Part shown: positions 1 through 9,294 of the stretch, piece after piece
How positions within the stretch are numbered: position 1 is the stretch's first letter
Layout of the letters: the number at the start of each line of letters is the position of its first letter
NCBI GenBank assembly: GCA_039930045.1
Contig: JBDSQB010000002.1
Span: 262,286-326,285 of the forward strand
Reading direction: 5' to 3'
Length of the DNA: 64,000 nt
From: Chthoniobacterales bacterium
GTDB lineage: Bacteria; Verrucomicrobiota; Verrucomicrobiia; Chthoniobacterales; DASVRZ01
The notes under the pieces: generated by a model
What the model was told of the DNA's origin: nothing
Seen by the model: only the letters and a program-made list of their open reading frames with translations
Database searches by the model: none
Program-made: the position numbers and the translations under genes

Positions 1-11
1 AACTTCGTCCC

Positions 12-3000
12 ATGCCCGCAGTTAGTAAGAAACCTTCCGCACCCGTCCCCAAGGCCGCACCACTGGCCGACTCCATCCGCATCCGCAATGTTCGTCAGAA
101 CAATCTGAAGGGCATTGATCTCGACCTGCCGCTAAATCAGTTGATTGTCGTCACCGGTCCCAGCGGATCGGGCAAGTCCTCGCTCGCTTTCGACACGATC
201 TACGCCGAGGGCCAGCGACGTTACGTGGAGACGTTCTCGCCTTACACGCGGCAATTTCTCGACCGCATGGACAAGCCGCGGGTGGACGAGATTCTCGGCA
301 TCCCGCCCGCCATCGCCATCGAGCAGAAAAACGGCGTTCGCACCACGCGCTCGACCGTCGGGACGATGACGGAGATTAACGATTACCTGAAACTTCTCGT
401 GCCACGGCTGGCGCGGGCGTTTTGTCCGATTTGCGACCGGGAAATTCGACCCGAGACAGCACAGTCGATCGTCACTCAACTCCAAAAAGAGCACGCCGGT
501 GAGACGATTCTCATCACCTTTGGCGTGCCCGTTCCGCCGAACACTAAGCCGGCGGATTTCTTCAAATTTCTCACCGCCCAAGGCTATCTCCGCATCTGGC
601 GCGATGGAAAAATGCATCGCACCGACGAGGCGCCGACGCTCACCGCCCTGCACGGCGTCGTGGAAGTCGTCCAGGACCGGATAACAGTGCAACCCGACTC
701 ATTTTCCCGGCTCACCGAGGCGGCGGAAACGGCGCTCAATTTCGGCAAGGGAAAGATTACCGTCACGAATCTCAAGACGCTGGAATCGCAGCCTTTCTCC
801 AAAGGCTGGCACTGCGCGCATTGCGACGAAACGATCCGCCCGCCATCGCCGGGACTTTTTTCCTTTAACAATCCGCTCGGCGCGTGCCCGACCTGCCGTG
901 GTTTTGGCCGCACGATTGGGCTCGATCTCGACCGTGCGCTGCCCGACAAATCGCTGAGCATCGCCGAGGGCGTGGTGAAGCCGTTCCAGAGCGGACAATC
1001 CAAGGAATGCCAGTCCGATCTGATGCGCCATGCCCAGCGCAATCTGGTCGATGTTTATTGTCCGTTTGCCGAGCTTTCCCCTGCCGATCAAAAATGGGTG
1101 CTCCAAGGCGAGGGAGGCATCGATGTTAGCAACGAGGAACTCTGGAAAAACGACCAATGGTATGGCGTGAAAGGTTTCTTCGACTGGATGGAGGCGCGCA
1201 CTTACAAAATGCACATCCGCGTTTTCCTCAGCCGCTACCGCGCCTACACCGAGTGCCCGGATTGTCATGGTGGCCGCTTCCAACCCGCGACGCTGAACTA
1301 TCAATTGGTCGATCAAGCGGGGAAACGCTATACGCTTCCGCAGCTGAGCCGAACGCCGGTGAGACAACTGGCAACTTTGTTAGAAACCTTCCTGGTTCCA
1401 GCGGCGGACAAGACGGGCACGATGATTCGTGGCGAAGTCGTTTCTCGCCTGCGCTATCTCGACGAGGTCGGCCTCGGCTACCTCGATCTCGACCGCAGCA
1501 CGCGCACGCTTTCCGGCGGCGAAGTCGAGCGCGTCACGCTCACCACTTGTCTCGGAGCGTCGTTGGTTAACACCTTGTTCGTCATGGACGAGCCGACGGT
1601 AGGGCTGCATCCGCGCGATGTTAGCAAACTGATAGGAGTCATGCAGCAGTTGCGCAACAAGGGCAACACTTTGTTAGTCGTCGAACACGAGGAGGCGGTC
1701 ATCCGCTCTGCCGACTATCTGATCGACATCGGCCCAGGTCGCGGCAACGACGGAGGCGAGCTGGTCTTCGCTGGAAACGCATCGGAGTTGCATAGTAATC
1801 AGCGCTCGCTCACCGCTGCGTATTTGTATGGCCGCAAATCCATTCCAGTTCCAGTCAAACGTCGCAAAGCCAAAGCCTGGCTCACCGTCAAAGGTGCCAC
1901 CGAAAACAACCTGCGCGACATCGACGTCAAGTTTCCGCTGGGACTTTTCACCTGCGTCACTGGCGTTTCCGGCAGTGGAAAATCCAGTCTCGTACACACG
2001 GTTCTCCACGAAAATCTGCTTCGCATCAAAGGCCTGCCAACCGGAGAAGTTATTGGGCATTGCCGCAGCATATTAGGAGGCCACGCCGTTGATCAGGTCG
2101 TGATGGTCGACCAGTCGCCGCTCGCCCGCAGCCCGCGCTCCACGCCAGCCGTTTACTTGGGAGTCTTCGACGAGTTGCGCAAACAATTTGCCGACAGTTC
2201 CGCGGCGCAGGCGGCGGGATTTACCGCCAGCACGTTCTCCTTCAACAGCGGAACTGGGCGCTGCCAGCGCTGCAATGGACTCGGCTATGAAAAGGTTGAG
2301 ATGCAGTTTCTCAGCGATCTTTTCATCCGTTGCTCCGAGTGCGAAGGGAAACGCTACCAGCCGCATGTTCTAGCCATTCAACTCCACGGAAAATCGATTC
2401 ACGATGTCCTAGAACTAACTGTTAGTGAAGCCATCGCGTTTTTCACCGAACATGGAGCTAACAAAAAGATTTTGGAACCTTTCCGCACCTTGGAAAGCGT
2501 CGGCCTCGGCTACCTGAAACTCGGCCAGCCGGTCAACGTCCTGAGTGGCGGAGAAAGCCAGCGACTCAAGTTAGTCGGACATCTCGTAGAGAAGTCTAAC
2601 CTGCACCAGAAGTCGCTCCTCATTTTCGACGAACCGACCACTGGACTTCATTTCGATGATGTCGCGCTGTTGTTGAACGTCTTCCAAAAGCTAGTCGATG
2701 CAGGCAACACTCTCATTGTCATCGAGCACAATCTCGAGGTCATCAAAAGCGCCGATCACGTCATTGACCTCGGCCCCGAAGCTGGCGAGGAGGGAGGCCT
2801 GATCATCGCCGAGGGTACTCCAGAGCAGGTATCTAACATTAAGGAATCCCACACCGGACGCTACCTGCGCGGCGTGCTCCAGGGGACTCGCGTCAGGGAG
2901 GAAATCATTCCCCGTCCGGTCGGTTTCAAGGGGCAATCCTCCGGCATCACCATCCACGGCGCGCGCGAACATAACCTCAAAAACTTCACCGTTACCCTGC

Positions 3001-5531
3001 CACGCGAGAAGATGATCACGATCACCGGCCTGAGCGGATCTGGAAAATCCACGCTCGCCTTCGACATTCTTTTTGCCGAGGGCCAGCGCCGCTTTCTCGA
3101 CAGCATGTCGCCCTACGCGCGGCAATTTGTCGAGCAGTTGGAGAAGCCCGATGTCGATCACATCGAGGGGCTTCCTCCTAGCGTCGCCATCGAGCAGCGC
3201 ATCACGCGCGGCGGCGGAAAATCGACGGTTGCGACCGTCACCGAGGTCTATCATTTCCTGCGCCTAATGTTTGCCAAACTCGGCACGCAGTATTGCCCGA
3301 AATGTCAGATTCCTGTCGAGGGACAGACCATTCAGCGCATCATCGAGCAAGTGGAAAAGGTCGTCGGAAAGAAGACCTCCTATTTGCTGGCCACGGTCGT
3401 GAAAGCTAGAAAAGGCTTCCACACCGATGTGGCCGCGGCGGCAGCCAAGGACGGTTTCGAGACATTGTTAGTCGATGGGAAATTTATTCCTTCTGCTAAC
3501 TTCGAGAAGCTGGAACGTTTTAAGGAACACACCATCGACATCGTGCTGGCCGACCTGTCGCAAGTGAAGAAGGCTGATGTCAGACCTCTGGTGGAACGCG
3601 CACTGCAAATCGGCAAGCGCACCGCCAAAATCTATGTCGCCGGACAGGAGACAATTCTCAGCACGGAGATGACCTGCCCGAAATGTTCGCGCGCCTTCGA
3701 GGAACTGGACCCGCGTTTGTTTTCCTTTAACTCGCCTCACGGCTGGTGCACGACTTGCAATGGATTCGGCGAGATTTTTGAGGCCGCCATTAACCTAGAC
3801 GAAGACGCCTCCATGCTGGAGCGCGAGCTTGCCGAAGAAAAAGCCCACGAGTCAATGGAGGAAGGGGAATCGAAGCCGTGTCACGTCTGCAAAGGGGCGC
3901 GTCTGAATGAAGTGGCGCGCAATGTTAGATTGAATGATCTAACCATCGACCGGCTGACCCACGGCAGCGTGCGCGATTCGTTGGAGACCGTGCAAAAGCT
4001 AACCTTCCAGAAACAACAGCTAGTCATCTCGGAGGACATCATTCCAGAGATCACGCAGCGGCTGAAGTTCATGGAAAACGTCGGCCTGAGCTATCTGGCG
4101 CTGGATCGTTCCGCGAAGACTTTGAGCGGAGGCGAGAGCCAGCGCATCCGGCTCGCGGCGCAGTTAGGTTCCAATCTGCGCGGCGTGCTTTACGTTCTTG
4201 ATGAGCCGACCATCGGATTGCATCCGCGCGACAACGACGCGTTGTTAGACACTCTCGAAGCGCTCAAAGCCAAGGGCAACACGCTTGTGATTGTCGAGCA
4301 CGACGAGGAAACCATGCGCCGCTCCGACATCATTGTCGATCTCGGCCCCGGTGCCGGCATGAACGGCGGCGAAGTCGTCGCCCAGGGGACTTTGAGTCAA
4401 ATCAAAGCCAACAAAAATTCTCAGACCGGACGTTACCTGAAGAAGCCGATGCAGCATCCGTTGTTAGGTTCGCGCCGTTCCCTCGCCAAAGTGGACTGGC
4501 TGCAAATCATCAAGGCCGATGTTAACAATCTAAAAAACATCACGGTCAAATTCCCCATCGGTCGGCTCACAGCCATCACGGGAATTTCCGGTTCTGGTAA
4601 AAGCACCCTGATGCGCGGCGCACTGCGGCCGGCCGTGGAGGAGGCGCTCAATACCAAAGCCAAAAAAACGGGCAAGTATCCCGATCTCAAAGGTACAGAA
4701 TTTCTCGAAGCCATCTACGAGGTTGATCAGTCGCCGATCGGCAAATCCTCGCGCTCGATTCCGGCGACTTATATCAAGGTCTTCGACGAAATCCGGCTGC
4801 ATTTTGCCGCGTTGCCGATGTCGCGGATGCGAGGTTATACTAACAGTCGTTTCTCCTTCAACACCGAGGGCGGACGCTGCGAAACCTGCGCGGGTCAGGG
4901 CGTAATCAAGATGGAAATGAACTTCCTGCCGCCAAGCTATGTGCCGTGCGAGGATTGCGGCGAAACCCGCTATAACGCCCAGACTCGCGAGGTGGAATAC
5001 AATGGTAAAAACATCGGCGACGTAATGAACATGACCATCGCGCAGGCGGCGGAATTTTTCTCCGCCAGCCCAAAAATACATCGCACGCTGAACTTGTTAG
5101 TCGAGACGGGCTTGGGTTATCTCAAGCTCGGCCAGCCAAGCCCGACTCTGAGCGGCGGCGAGGCGCAACGACTCAAACTCGTCTCCGAATTGCGCCTCGG
5201 AGCGACGCGCGATTATACTAACAAAGTCCGCAAGATGAAGTCCGCCAAGAGCACGCTTTACCTACTGGAAGAACCGACGATCGGACTGCACATGGCCGAC
5301 GTGGAAATGTTGCTTGGCGTCATCCAGCGGCTCGTCGATGTGGGTCACACGGTGATTGTCATTGAACACAACTTAAACGTCATCGCTGAAGCCGATTACG
5401 TGGTGGACATCGGACCGGAAGCCGGATCTGCGGGCGGCGAGCTAGTCGCCTGTGGCACGCCAGAGGAAATCTGCACGAGCAAGACGAGCCGCATCGCGCC
5501 CTATCTCAAACGGACTCTGGCAGGCAAATAA
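12..5531 (+). CDS. Tandem-duplicated UvrA-like ABC ATPase: two complete UvrA-type halves in one 1839-aa chain, four nucleotide-binding domains
   Basis: Uninterrupted ORF with ATG at 12. Four Walker A motifs: GPSGSGKSS near nt 150, GVSGSGKSS near 1965, GLSGSGKST near 3030, GISGSGKST near 4585. Four LSGGE ABC signatures, repeated AEGQRR and CxxC zinc-module motifs. Each half ends with an HTGRYL/QTGRYL-type UvrA C-terminus. Confidence 0.9.
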   Translation: MPAVSKKPSAPVPKAAPLADSIRIRNVRQNNLKGIDLDLPLNQLIVVTGPSGSGKSSLAFDTIYAEGQRRYVETFSPYTRQFLDRMDKPRVDEILGIPPAIAIEQKNGVRTTRSTVGTMTEINDYLKLLVPRLARAFCPICDREIRPETAQSIVTQLQKEHAGETILITFGVPVPPNTKPADFFKFLTAQGYLRIWRDGKMHRTDEAPTLTALHGVVEVVQDRITVQPDSFSRLTEAAETALNFGKGKITVTNLKTLESQPFSKGWHCAHCDETIRPPSPGLFSFNNPLGACPTCRGFGRTIGLDLDRALPDKSLSIAEGVVKPFQSGQSKECQSDLMRHAQRNLVDVYCPFAELSPADQKWVLQGEGGIDVSNEELWKNDQWYGVKGFFDWMEARTYKMHIRVFLSRYRAYTECPDCHGGRFQPATLNYQLVDQAGKRYTLPQLSRTPVRQLATLLETFLVPAADKTGTMIRGEVVSRLRYLDEVGLGYLDLDRSTRTLSGGEVERVTLTTCLGASLVNTLFVMDEPTVGLHPRDVSKLIGVMQQLRNKGNTLLVVEHEEAVIRSADYLIDIGPGRGNDGGELVFAGNASELHSNQRSLTAAYLYGRKSIPVPVKRRKAKAWLTVKGATENNLRDIDVKFPLGLFTCVTGVSGSGKSSLVHTVLHENLLRIKGLPTGEVIGHCRSILGGHAVDQVVMVDQSPLARSPRSTPAVYLGVFDELRKQFADSSAAQAAGFTASTFSFNSGTGRCQRCNGLGYEKVEMQFLSDLFIRCSECEGKRYQPHVLAIQLHGKSIHDVLELTVSEAIAFFTEHGANKKILEPFRTLESVGLGYLKLGQPVNVLSGGESQRLKLVGHLVEKSNLHQKSLLIFDEPTTGLHFDDVALLLNVFQKLVDAGNTLIVIEHNLEVIKSADHVIDLGPEAGEEGGLIIAEGTPEQVSNIKESHTGRYLRGVLQGTRVREEIIPRPVGFKGQSSGITIHGAREHNLKNFTVTLPREKMITITGLSGSGKSTLAFDILFAEGQRRFLDSMSPYARQFVEQLEKPDVDHIEGLPPSVAIEQRITRGGGKSTVATVTEVYHFLRLMFAKLGTQYCPKCQIPVEGQTIQRIIEQVEKVVGKKTSYLLATVVKARKGFHTDVAAAAAKDGFETLLVDGKFIPSANFEKLERFKEHTIDIVLADLSQVKKADVRPLVERALQIGKRTAKIYVAGQETILSTEMTCPKCSRAFEELDPRLFSFNSPHGWCTTCNGFGEIFEAAINLDEDASMLERELAEEKAHESMEEGESKPCHVCKGARLNEVARNVRLNDLTIDRLTHGSVRDSLETVQKLTFQKQQLVISEDIIPEITQRLKFMENVGLSYLALDRSAKTLSGGESQRIRLAAQLGSNLRGVLYVLDEPTIGLHPRDNDALLDTLEALKAKGNTLVIVEHDEETMRRSDIIVDLGPGAGMNGGEVVAQGTLSQIKANKNSQTGRYLKKPMQHPLLGSRRSLAKVDWLQIIKADVNNLKNITVKFPIGRLTAITGISGSGKSTLMRGALRPAVEEALNTKAKKTGKYPDLKGTEFLEAIYEVDQSPIGKSSRSIPATYIKVFDEIRLHFAALPMSRMRGYTNSRFSFNTEGGRCETCAGQGVIKMEMNFLPPSYVPCEDCGETRYNAQTREVEYNGKNIGDVMNMTIAQAAEFFSASPKIHRTLNLLVETGLGYLKLGQPSPTLSGGEAQRLKLVSELRLGATRDYTNKVRKMKSAKSTLYLLEEPTIGLHMADVEMLLGVIQRLVDVGHTVIVIEHNLNVIAEADYVVDIGPEAGSAGGELVACGTPEEICTSKTSRIAPYLKRTLAGK

Positions 5532-5557
5532 CTGCGCGGTATCCCTTCACGGAGGGC

Positions 5558-5587
5558 TTGTCAACGCAGGGCGGCTTGGGGTATTTT
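5558..5587 (+). promoter_or_regulatory. Candidate sigma70-type promoter: TTGTCA, 18-nt spacer, TATTTT
   Basis: Hexamers read directly in the 76-nt gap between the uvrA-like stop and the kinase start. No experimental or comparative support. Confidence 0.3.
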
Positions 5588-5607
5588 CAAAGTAGTCCTC
5601 CCCAGGT

Positions 5608-7242
5608 GTGTCCTTCCCGGCTTTTCATCCCGAAAAAAATGCAGGCAGTTCCGTGCAACAAGCGGCTCTGCTAAAAATCCTTCTCGAGAACAGCCCAGAC
5701 TGTATCTATTTCAAAGATCTGGAGCGTCGCTTCATTGCCGTCAGCCGTGGCTTGGTGCAAAGACTGGGCCAGCAAAGCGCCAGCGACCTGCTTGGCAAGA
5801 CCGACTCTGATTTTTTTGGTCAAGAACACGCCCTGGCCACGGCACTGGACGAGCAGGAAATCGTCGAAACGGGCCATCGCATTGTCGGCAAACTGGAGCG
5901 TGAGGACCTTCCCGACGGGACGGTCCGATGGGTGGTCTCCACAAAGCTGCCGATGCGTGATGAAAGCGGCAGGATCATCGGGACATTTGGCATTTCCCGC
6001 GATTTCACTGCCGAAAAGGAATGGGAGGATCGGCTCAATTCTGAGCGGTCGCTGCTACGGAGCGTCATCGAACACATTCCCGATCCGATCTATGTGAAGG
6101 ATCTCGCCGGCGTGTATGTCCTCGACAACGGATCGCACCGGTTGTTTTTGGGGCGTCATCAAGAAGAGGAAATTGTAGGGAAAACTTCCCACGATTTTTT
6201 TCCCAAGGAGCAGGCATTGAAATTTGAAGGTGATGACCAGCGAACGCTCGAAAGCGGTATTCCGCTGATCAATCGCGAGGAAATCGTCATCCGTTCCGAT
6301 GGAAGTCGCACCTGGTTTTTGACCACCAAAGTTCCGGTGAAGGGCACTCAGAAAAGCCCTGAGCTTCTGGTTTGCATCGGCCGCAATGTCACACAGCAAA
6401 AGCTAGCCGAGGAACGCCTTCTCCAGACCAACGCGGAACTCAGCTCGACCGTAGAAAAACTCAAAGAGGCCCATCAACAACTGCGCGACGTGCAGATGCA
6501 ACTGGTGGAAGCGGAGAAATTAAAATCCGTCGGACGTTTGGCGGCAGGCGTGGCCCATGAGGTTAAAAATCCGCTCGCTGTCCTTCATTTGGGAGTGGAA
6601 TTACTACGGCAGACCGTTCCCGCGACCGACGAAGAAAGCGGGGCCGTGCTGGATGAAATGACGAACGCGATTGCCCGCGCAGAGACGGTGGTCCGTGGGT
6701 TGTTGGATTTTTCCGCGCCACGCAAACTCCAGCAGGAGGCAGCGGATTTTAACGAGGTCGTGCGCCATTCCCTGCAATTTGTGAGAGGCGAGCTGCGAAC
6801 GCATCACGTCAAAGTCGCGCTGGAGCTTTCCACAGATCTGCCGTTGATCGAGATGGATCGGCAGAAAATGGAGCAAGTCCTCATCAATCTGTTAACCAAT
6901 GCCGCCCACGCCATGGCGCTTAAGGGTGGCACGCTGACGATTCGCACCCGGCGCGAACAACTCACCGGGGTCGGCGGGAATGTGGGACACGCCCTCAGCG
7001 AAAACTTCCGCATCGGCGAGTGGCTGTTAATTACTGAGATCGAAGACACGGGAACGGGGATTCCAGCGGATAAGCTGGAGCACATTTTTCAACCCTTTTT
7101 CACCACCAAAGCCACTGGCAGCGGCACCGGCCTCGGCCTGAGCGTCTCTAAAACCATCATCGCCCTTCACGGGGGCATAATCTCCGTTAAAAACGTCCCC
7201 GGCAGCGGCGCTTGTTTCAGTATTTTTCTTCCCACCCCATAA
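5608..7242 (+). CDS. PAS-PAS sensor histidine kinase
   Basis: Two PAS-like blocks (DCIYFKDL.., DPIYVKDL..). H-box AAGVAHEVKNPLAV. HATPase N/G boxes (LINLLTNAAHAM, DTGTGIP, GSGTGLGLS). GTG start, so the start position is uncertain. Confidence 0.85.
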   Translation: MSFPAFHPEKNAGSSVQQAALLKILLENSPDCIYFKDLERRFIAVSRGLVQRLGQQSASDLLGKTDSDFFGQEHALATALDEQEIVETGHRIVGKLEREDLPDGTVRWVVSTKLPMRDESGRIIGTFGISRDFTAEKEWEDRLNSERSLLRSVIEHIPDPIYVKDLAGVYVLDNGSHRLFLGRHQEEEIVGKTSHDFFPKEQALKFEGDDQRTLESGIPLINREEIVIRSDGSRTWFLTTKVPVKGTQKSPELLVCIGRNVTQQKLAEERLLQTNAELSSTVEKLKEAHQQLRDVQMQLVEAEKLKSVGRLAAGVAHEVKNPLAVLHLGVELLRQTVPATDEESGAVLDEMTNAIARAETVVRGLLDFSAPRKLQQEAADFNEVVRHSLQFVRGELRTHHVKVALELSTDLPLIEMDRQKMEQVLINLLTNAAHAMALKGGTLTIRTRREQLTGVGGNVGHALSENFRIGEWLLITEIEDTGTGIPADKLEHIFQPFFTTKATGSGTGLGLSVSKTIIALHGGIISVKNVPGSGACFSIFLPTP

Positions 7243-7244
7243 CC

Positions 7245-7649
7245 ATGAAACTCAAACGCATCCTCATCATCGACGACGAAGTCGGCTTCACCAAACTCCT
7301 GAAGTTGACCCTCGAACGCACCCATCTGTATCAAGTGCAGGTGGAAAACAACTCCACCCAGGCTCTGGAAGCCGCACGCGCCTTTCTCCCGGAACTCATC
7401 CTCCTGGACGTAATCATGCCAGACGCCGACGGCGGCGACGTGGCCGCGCGCTTCAAAAGCGATCCGGTCATGAAAAAAGTGCCCATCATTTTTCTCACGG
7501 CGATGATTTCGCCTTCTGAAAAAAAACCGGGCGAATTAATCAGCGGCTATCCGTATCTCGCGAAACCCGTCAGCATTCCCGACCTGATCCGAACGATTGA
7601 GCGCAACCTCATCAAAAAGCCGGCTCCGTCGAGTCTCGGTAGTGGTTGA
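7245..7649 (+). CDS. Single-domain response regulator (REC only)
   Basis: MKLKRILIIDDE, LILLDVIMPDADG, and LAKP near the end. The ATG lies 2 nt after the kinase stop. Confidence 0.85.
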   Translation: MKLKRILIIDDEVGFTKLLKLTLERTHLYQVQVENNSTQALEAARAFLPELILLDVIMPDADGGDVAARFKSDPVMKKVPIIFLTAMISPSEKKPGELISGYPYLAKPVSIPDLIRTIERNLIKKPAPSSLGSG

Positions 7650-7683
7650 TTTCCTCCTGGCACCTCCGTACACTATCCGCCTC

Positions 7684-8592
7684 ATGGCCATACCCAAGAT
7701 CGATCCCGCCCTGCATCAGGTTCGCAAACCGGATTGGATCAAGGTGCGACTTCCGTCGAATCCGAAATTTTTCTCAACGAAGGCGCTGATGTCGGACCTG
7801 AAATTGGTGACCGTCTGCGAGGAAGCCCAATGTCCGAATCGCTGGGAATGCTGGAGCCAGGGCACGGCTACTTTCATGATTGCCGGGGAACGCTGCACGC
7901 GCGCCTGTGGTTTTTGTGCGGTGAGCACGGCGAAACCGCTCGCGCTGGAAGCCGACGAACCCACTCGTGTGGCCGAGGCGGTGAGCCGGATGGATTTGAA
8001 ACACGTCGTGATCACGGCAGTGGCCCGCGACGATTTGGCTGACGGCGGCGCGGCGCATTTTGCGAAAACGATTGAGGCCGTTCGTGCGACCGATCCGAAG
8101 CTGGTGATCGAAGTATTGACGCCCGACTTCAATGGCAATGACGCCGCCATTCAAATGGTACTCGACGCAGGGCCGCAGATTTTCAATCACAACCTCGAGA
8201 CGGTGGAACGACTCACGCCGCTAGTGCGCTCGCGGGCGAAATACCGGCTCTCGCTCGACGTTTTGCGCCGTGTGAAGGCGATGCAACCCGGGATCGTGAC
8301 CAAGAGCGGCATCATGCTCGGCCTCGGCGAGGAGGAGAATGAGTTGTTTCAGGCAATGGACGATTTGCGCGAGTCCGGCGTGCAGGTTTTAACCCTCGGC
8401 CAATACTTGCGGCCAACGCCGAATCACCTGCCGGTCGTGGAATACATCACGCCGGAAACCTTCGACAATTACGGCGAGATCGCTCGCAAAAAAGGCTTCG
8501 AGTTTGTCGCCAGCGGACCGCTCGTGCGCAGCTCGTATCACGCGGGCGATGTCGATTTAACGACTCTCGGAAACAGTGGCGCCGCCGCCTAA
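7684..8592 (+). CDS. lipA: Lipoyl synthase
   Basis: N-terminal cluster motif CEEAQCPNRWEC and radical-SAM motif CTRACGFC. Length about 300 aa from the ATG at 7684. Confidence 0.9.
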   Translation: MAIPKIDPALHQVRKPDWIKVRLPSNPKFFSTKALMSDLKLVTVCEEAQCPNRWECWSQGTATFMIAGERCTRACGFCAVSTAKPLALEADEPTRVAEAVSRMDLKHVVITAVARDDLADGGAAHFAKTIEAVRATDPKLVIEVLTPDFNGNDAAIQMVLDAGPQIFNHNLETVERLTPLVRSRAKYRLSLDVLRRVKAMQPGIVTKSGIMLGLGEEENELFQAMDDLRESGVQVLTLGQYLRPTPNHLPVVEYITPETFDNYGEIARKKGFEFVASGPLVRSSYHAGDVDLTTLGNSGAAA

Positions 8593-9247
8593 AATCGCCG
8601 TCCTCATCCCCGGTTACCGCGAGGAAGCCGCCATCGGGAAAGTCATCGCCGGAGTCAAAAAATATCTCGACCACGTTTTAATGGTCGATGACGGTTCGCC
8701 CGACGAGACGGCGGAACGGGCGCGTCAGGCGGGTGCCGAGGTCATCGTGCATTCCAGAAACCAAGGCAAAGGTGCGTCGCTCAAGACCGGACTGCGCACG
8801 TTGGAATCGCGCGGGGTGGATTATTTTCTGGTGATGGATTCCGACGGACAGCACGACCCGGACGACATTCCTCATTTCATCGCCGCCGCCAATGAAATGG
8901 AAGTCGCCGTGTTTTGCGGCAACCGCATGGGCGATCTAACTGCCATGCCACTGGTGCGAAAGCTGACCAATAAATTCATGTCTTGGCGGATCAGCCGCGC
9001 TTGTGGGCAGGCTATTCCAGACAGCCAATGCGGCTTCCGAATGTATCGCCGCGACACGCTGGTGCATCTGCTTTGCGAGACGAATAATTTCGATTACGAG
9101 ACGGAAACGCTCCTGCTGATTGCCCGTCACGGACTCAAAATCGGATCAGTCCCAGTGAGGACGATTTACGGGAATGAAAAGAGCAAAATCCATCCGCTTC
9201 GGGACACGATCCGCTTTTTCCGGCTGATGCATCGGTATCGTCGCTAA
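8576..9247 (+). CDS. Family 2 glycosyltransferase (polyprenol-phosphate sugar transferase-like)
   Basis: IAVLIPGYREE, MVDDGSPDET, MDSDGQHDP and QCGFRMYRR motifs. GTG start overlaps the lipA end by 17 nt. Confidence 0.8.
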   Translation: MAPPPKIAVLIPGYREEAAIGKVIAGVKKYLDHVLMVDDGSPDETAERARQAGAEVIVHSRNQGKGASLKTGLRTLESRGVDYFLVMDSDGQHDPDDIPHFIAAANEMEVAVFCGNRMGDLTAMPLVRKLTNKFMSWRISRACGQAIPDSQCGFRMYRRDTLVHLLCETNNFDYETETLLLIARHGLKIGSVPVRTIYGNEKSKIHPLRDTIRFFRLMHRYRR

Positions 9248-9250
9248 AGC

Positions 9251-9280
9251 AAAAGGCGTGGTTTTAAGCCACGCCTTTTT
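9251..9280. terminator. Bidirectional intrinsic terminator between convergent genes
   Basis: AAAA-GGCGTGG-loop-CCACGCC-TTTTT. The 7-bp GC stem has an A-tract on one side and a T-tract on the other. It lies between the GT2 stop (9247) and the clpC stop (9295). Confidence 0.6.
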
Positions 9281-9294
9281 GAGTTTGAGTCGAA

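Noticed and set aside
4836-4844. TACTAAC, the yeast intron branch-point heptamer, occurs about five times (about 4838, 5216, 25942, 26015, 55350)
   Set aside because: This is a by-product of the CTAAC enrichment in the nCT-AAC codon phase (Tyr-Thr-Asn, Phe-Thr-Asn and similar). No intron-like boundaries, group II intron domains or reverse transcriptase are present.
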